From: Vicinamibacterales bacterium | Lineage (GTDB): Bacteria > Acidobacteriota > Vicinamibacteria > Vicinamibacterales > UBA2999 | Assembly (NCBI GenBank): GCA_035626435.1 | Contig: DASPNQ010000122.1 | Location: 108 to 64,107, forward strand | Length of the DNA: 64,000 nt | Reading direction: 5' to 3' | Shown: piece after piece, positions 62,196 to 64,000 of the stretch | Layout of the letters: each line of letters starts with the position of its first letter | Position numbering within the stretch: the stretch's first letter is position 1 | Notes under the pieces: model-generated | Told to the model about the DNA's origin: nothing | What the model saw: the letters and a program-made list of their open reading frames with translations, nothing else | Databases searched by the model: none | Translations under genes and position numbers: made by a program

Positions 62196-64000
62196 ATGTT
62201 CGTTCGCGTTGTGACTCTCCTCGTCGGTCTCTCGTTTGCGACCGCTGCCGCCGCGCAGCAGTCGCTGGCCGGCATCGTCCGCGATGGCAGCGGTGCCGTC
62301 GTGCCCGGCAGCACGGTTATCGTCCGGCAGGAAGGAGACGCCTTCGAGCGCATCGTCGAAAGCGGACGCGATGGCCGGTTCAGTGTCGCGCCGATTGCCG
62401 AGGGCGAGTTCTCAATCGAGGTGATCGCGCCAGGGTTCGCGATCGCGACGGCCACCGCGCGAGTGCCGCTGGCGCAGCCAGTCGAGATCGCGCTCACTCC
62501 GGCGGCGGTGATCGAGGCCGTCCAGGTCATTTCCGCGTCGCGTCAGGACGAACTGCGGGAAACGCTGAATACCAACGTCAACGTGGTGTCGCGCCGGCAG
62601 ATCGAAGAAAGCGGCTCGCAGACGGTCGCGGAGTTGCTCCGCGAAGTGCCGGGCGTGATGTCACGGCGCGGTTCGGAGACCGCGGGTGCGGCTGGCGAGC
62701 AGATTCAGGGCATCGACTCACGCCAGGTGCTGGTGCTGCTCGACGGGCAGCCGCTGGCCGGCGCCCGGGGCGTCAAGCGTGGCGGTGTGATCAACCTCGA
62801 TCGCCAGTCGGTCGGCCGTCTCGAACAGGTCGAGGTGGTGAAAGGCGCGTCGTCCGCCCTGTATGGGTCCGATGCGATCGGCGGCGTCATCAACATCATC
62901 ACGCGTGACGCTACCGCGCCGTTCGACACTACCGGTGAGCTGTCGGGCGGCAGCCTGGGAGAGATGAACGCCGTTGCGGCCGCGGGGTTCCGTCGCAATC
63001 GGTGGTCGGGTCTGTTCAATGTCGAGCGTCATCAGAACGACGGATTTGACCTGACGCCGACGACATTCGACACGACGGGTGCCCCATTCGAGCGCGTGGA
63101 TTTCATGGGCCGCGTGCGCGTGATGCCCACGACGACGTTCTCAGTGGGCGTGCTGACGACCGGCTACGACAATCGCACGACCGGCCGTTCGAACGGCGAG
63201 CTCGGCCCGCAAGAAGACGACATCGACGAGGCCACGTTCAACACCAACGTCCGGGCCGAATGGCTGCCGCGCGCGAGCACGGCCATCCAGGCGCGCGCGT
63301 ATGTCGCGCGTTTCGATGAGAGCTCCCGCGCGACCCTGGCACCACCGGCATCGACGGTGCTCGAGCCGGGGGCGCTCGACGAGCGGCTGCTCAAGATCGA
63401 CGCCTCGTTCTCGCAGATTCTCGGCGGCTCTCAGCAGCTGCAGGGGGGCGCCGAGTACTGGCGCGATGAATACACCGGCATCAACCGGCTCCGCCGTGAC
63501 GCCGGCGAGCAGGCGAGCATCGGCACGGCGTGGCTGCAGCATCGCATGAGCATCGCCGATCGGCTGACGACGACGCTGGGCGTGCGCACGGATTCGCATT
63601 CCGAGTTCGGCAGCGCGGTGTCGCCGAAGATCGCCGCCAACGCGCGGCTCGGCGGCGGCGTGTCGGCGCGCGCCTCCTACGGACGCGGCTTCCGTGCGCC
63701 CGATATCGGCCAGCTGTATTACCGCTTCCTCAACCCGTCGAGCATCTATCAGGTCCTCGGCAACATGAACCTGCAGCCCGAGTACGCGAACTCGTTGCAG
63801 ATTGGCGGCGAATATGCGACGCCCGGCCGCCGCGCCCGATTCGGCGTGAATCTGTTCAGAAACAACGTGCGCGACCTCATCGAATCGGTGAATCTCGGCT
63901 TCGCGGCGACACCTGCGCAGGTGGCGGCGATCATGACGCGCGAAGGGCTCGATATGTCGTTCCGTCCGGTCGCGGGCCGGTTGCTGCTGACCTACAAGAA
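62196..64000 (+). CDS. TonB-dependent receptor with an N-terminal carboxypeptidase-regulatory-like domain; 3' partial (runs off the window)
   Basis: This ORF is missing from the supplied track because it has no stop inside the window. My own translation from the ATG at 62196: MFVRVVTLLVGLSFATAAAAQQSLAGIVRDGSGAVVPGSTVIV... (CarbopepD_reg-like), then the plug DSRQVLVLLDGQPL, VEVVKGASSALYGSDAIGGVINIIT and barrel strands LQPEYANSLQIGGEY. Confidence 0.9.
   Translation, partial: MFVRVVTLLVGLSFATAAAAQQSLAGIVRDGSGAVVPGSTVIVRQEGDAFERIVESGRDGRFSVAPIAEGEFSIEVIAPGFAIATATARVPLAQPVEIALTPAAVIEAVQVISASRQDELRETLNTNVNVVSRRQIEESGSQTVAELLREVPGVMSRRGSETAGAAGEQIQGIDSRQVLVLLDGQPLAGARGVKRGGVINLDRQSVGRLEQVEVVKGASSALYGSDAIGGVINIITRDATAPFDTTGELSGGSLGEMNAVAAAGFRRNRWSGLFNVERHQNDGFDLTPTTFDTTGAPFERVDFMGRVRVMPTTTFSVGVLTTGYDNRTTGRSNGELGPQEDDIDEATFNTNVRAEWLPRASTAIQARAYVARFDESSRATLAPPASTVLEPGALDERLLKIDASFSQILGGSQQLQGGAEYWRDEYTGINRLRRDAGEQASIGTAWLQHRMSIADRLTTTLGVRTDSHSEFGSAVSPKIAANARLGGGVSARASYGRGFRAPDIGQLYYRFLNPSSIYQVLGNMNLQPEYANSLQIGGEYATPGRRARFGVNLFRNNVRDLIESVNLGFAATPAQVAAIMTREGLDMSFRPVAGRLLLTYK

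Noticed and set aside
62009-62908. 299-aa + strand ORF from the track
   Set aside because: It is out of frame with, and overlapped by, the TonB-dependent receptor ORF that starts at 62196. That ORF is absent from the track only because it has no stop in the window. The 299-aa translation is Arg-rich nonsense.
1-64000. Search for rRNA, tRNA, transposase, integrase or prophage genes
   Set aside because: No intergenic region is long enough or has the conserved stretches expected, such as a T-loop GGTTCGAATCC in a non-coding context. No ORF shows DDE, tyrosine-recombinase or phage structural motifs. This absence is judged by eye and should be confirmed with tRNAscan-SE and Infernal.

Overview
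High-GC bacterial chromosomal window. Third codon positions are almost all G/C, and the six-frame track is full of long Arg/Ala/Pro-rich antisense ORFs that I treat as artefacts. Gene content suggests an Acidobacteriota-like soil organism (inference only): an ADOP-type duplicated orphan permease, BlaI/BlaR1 modules with HEAT repeats, many exported peptidases and a CBM9/DUF5916 outer-membrane protein. I support about 55 protein-coding genes and found no rRNA, tRNA, CRISPR array, transposase or integrase. Housekeeping genes include pntAB transhydrogenase, formate-tetrahydrofolate ligase, a sodium:solute symporter, a MATE exporter, an FTR1 iron permease and pxpA. The window is rich in exported proteases of families M28, M24, M14, S33, M56 and C14. 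The main candidate for an undescribed system is a tightly packed, same-strand 8-gene operon at 49498-61146. It encodes a transmembrane Ser/Thr kinase with an extracytoplasmic DUF4384 domain and a signal-peptide-bearing caspase(C14)-PEGA-TPR protein. These are followed by three tandem paralogous secreted Ig-like proteins with conserved N-terminal and divergent C-terminal domains, then a TolC / membrane-fusion / MacB-type permease trio with no ATPase gene. Upstream lie an orphan DGQHR (DndB-like, ParB-fold) gene and an unusually long, structured 576-bp non-coding region. Other notable items: (1) a clear eukaryote-type ALG1 (GT33) beta-mannosyltransferase homologue, head-to-head with zero spacer to a WecA/GPT-family phosphoglycosyl transferase and next to an ABC exporter. 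(2) A lower-GC four-helix-bundle (Avd / 23S-IVS family) gene bracketed by inverted arrays of a GGTGCCA-core short repeat. (3) Three families of 7-9 bp tandem arrays that fill intergenic spacers and in several cases supply the terminal codons of flanking genes. (4) A translationally coupled BlaI / BlaR1-HEAT / S33 hydrolase / ADOP permease operon with a palindromic candidate operator. (5) A secreted protein built from about 7.5 tandem 29-aa repeats. All functional calls come from motif recognition by eye. No searches were run.
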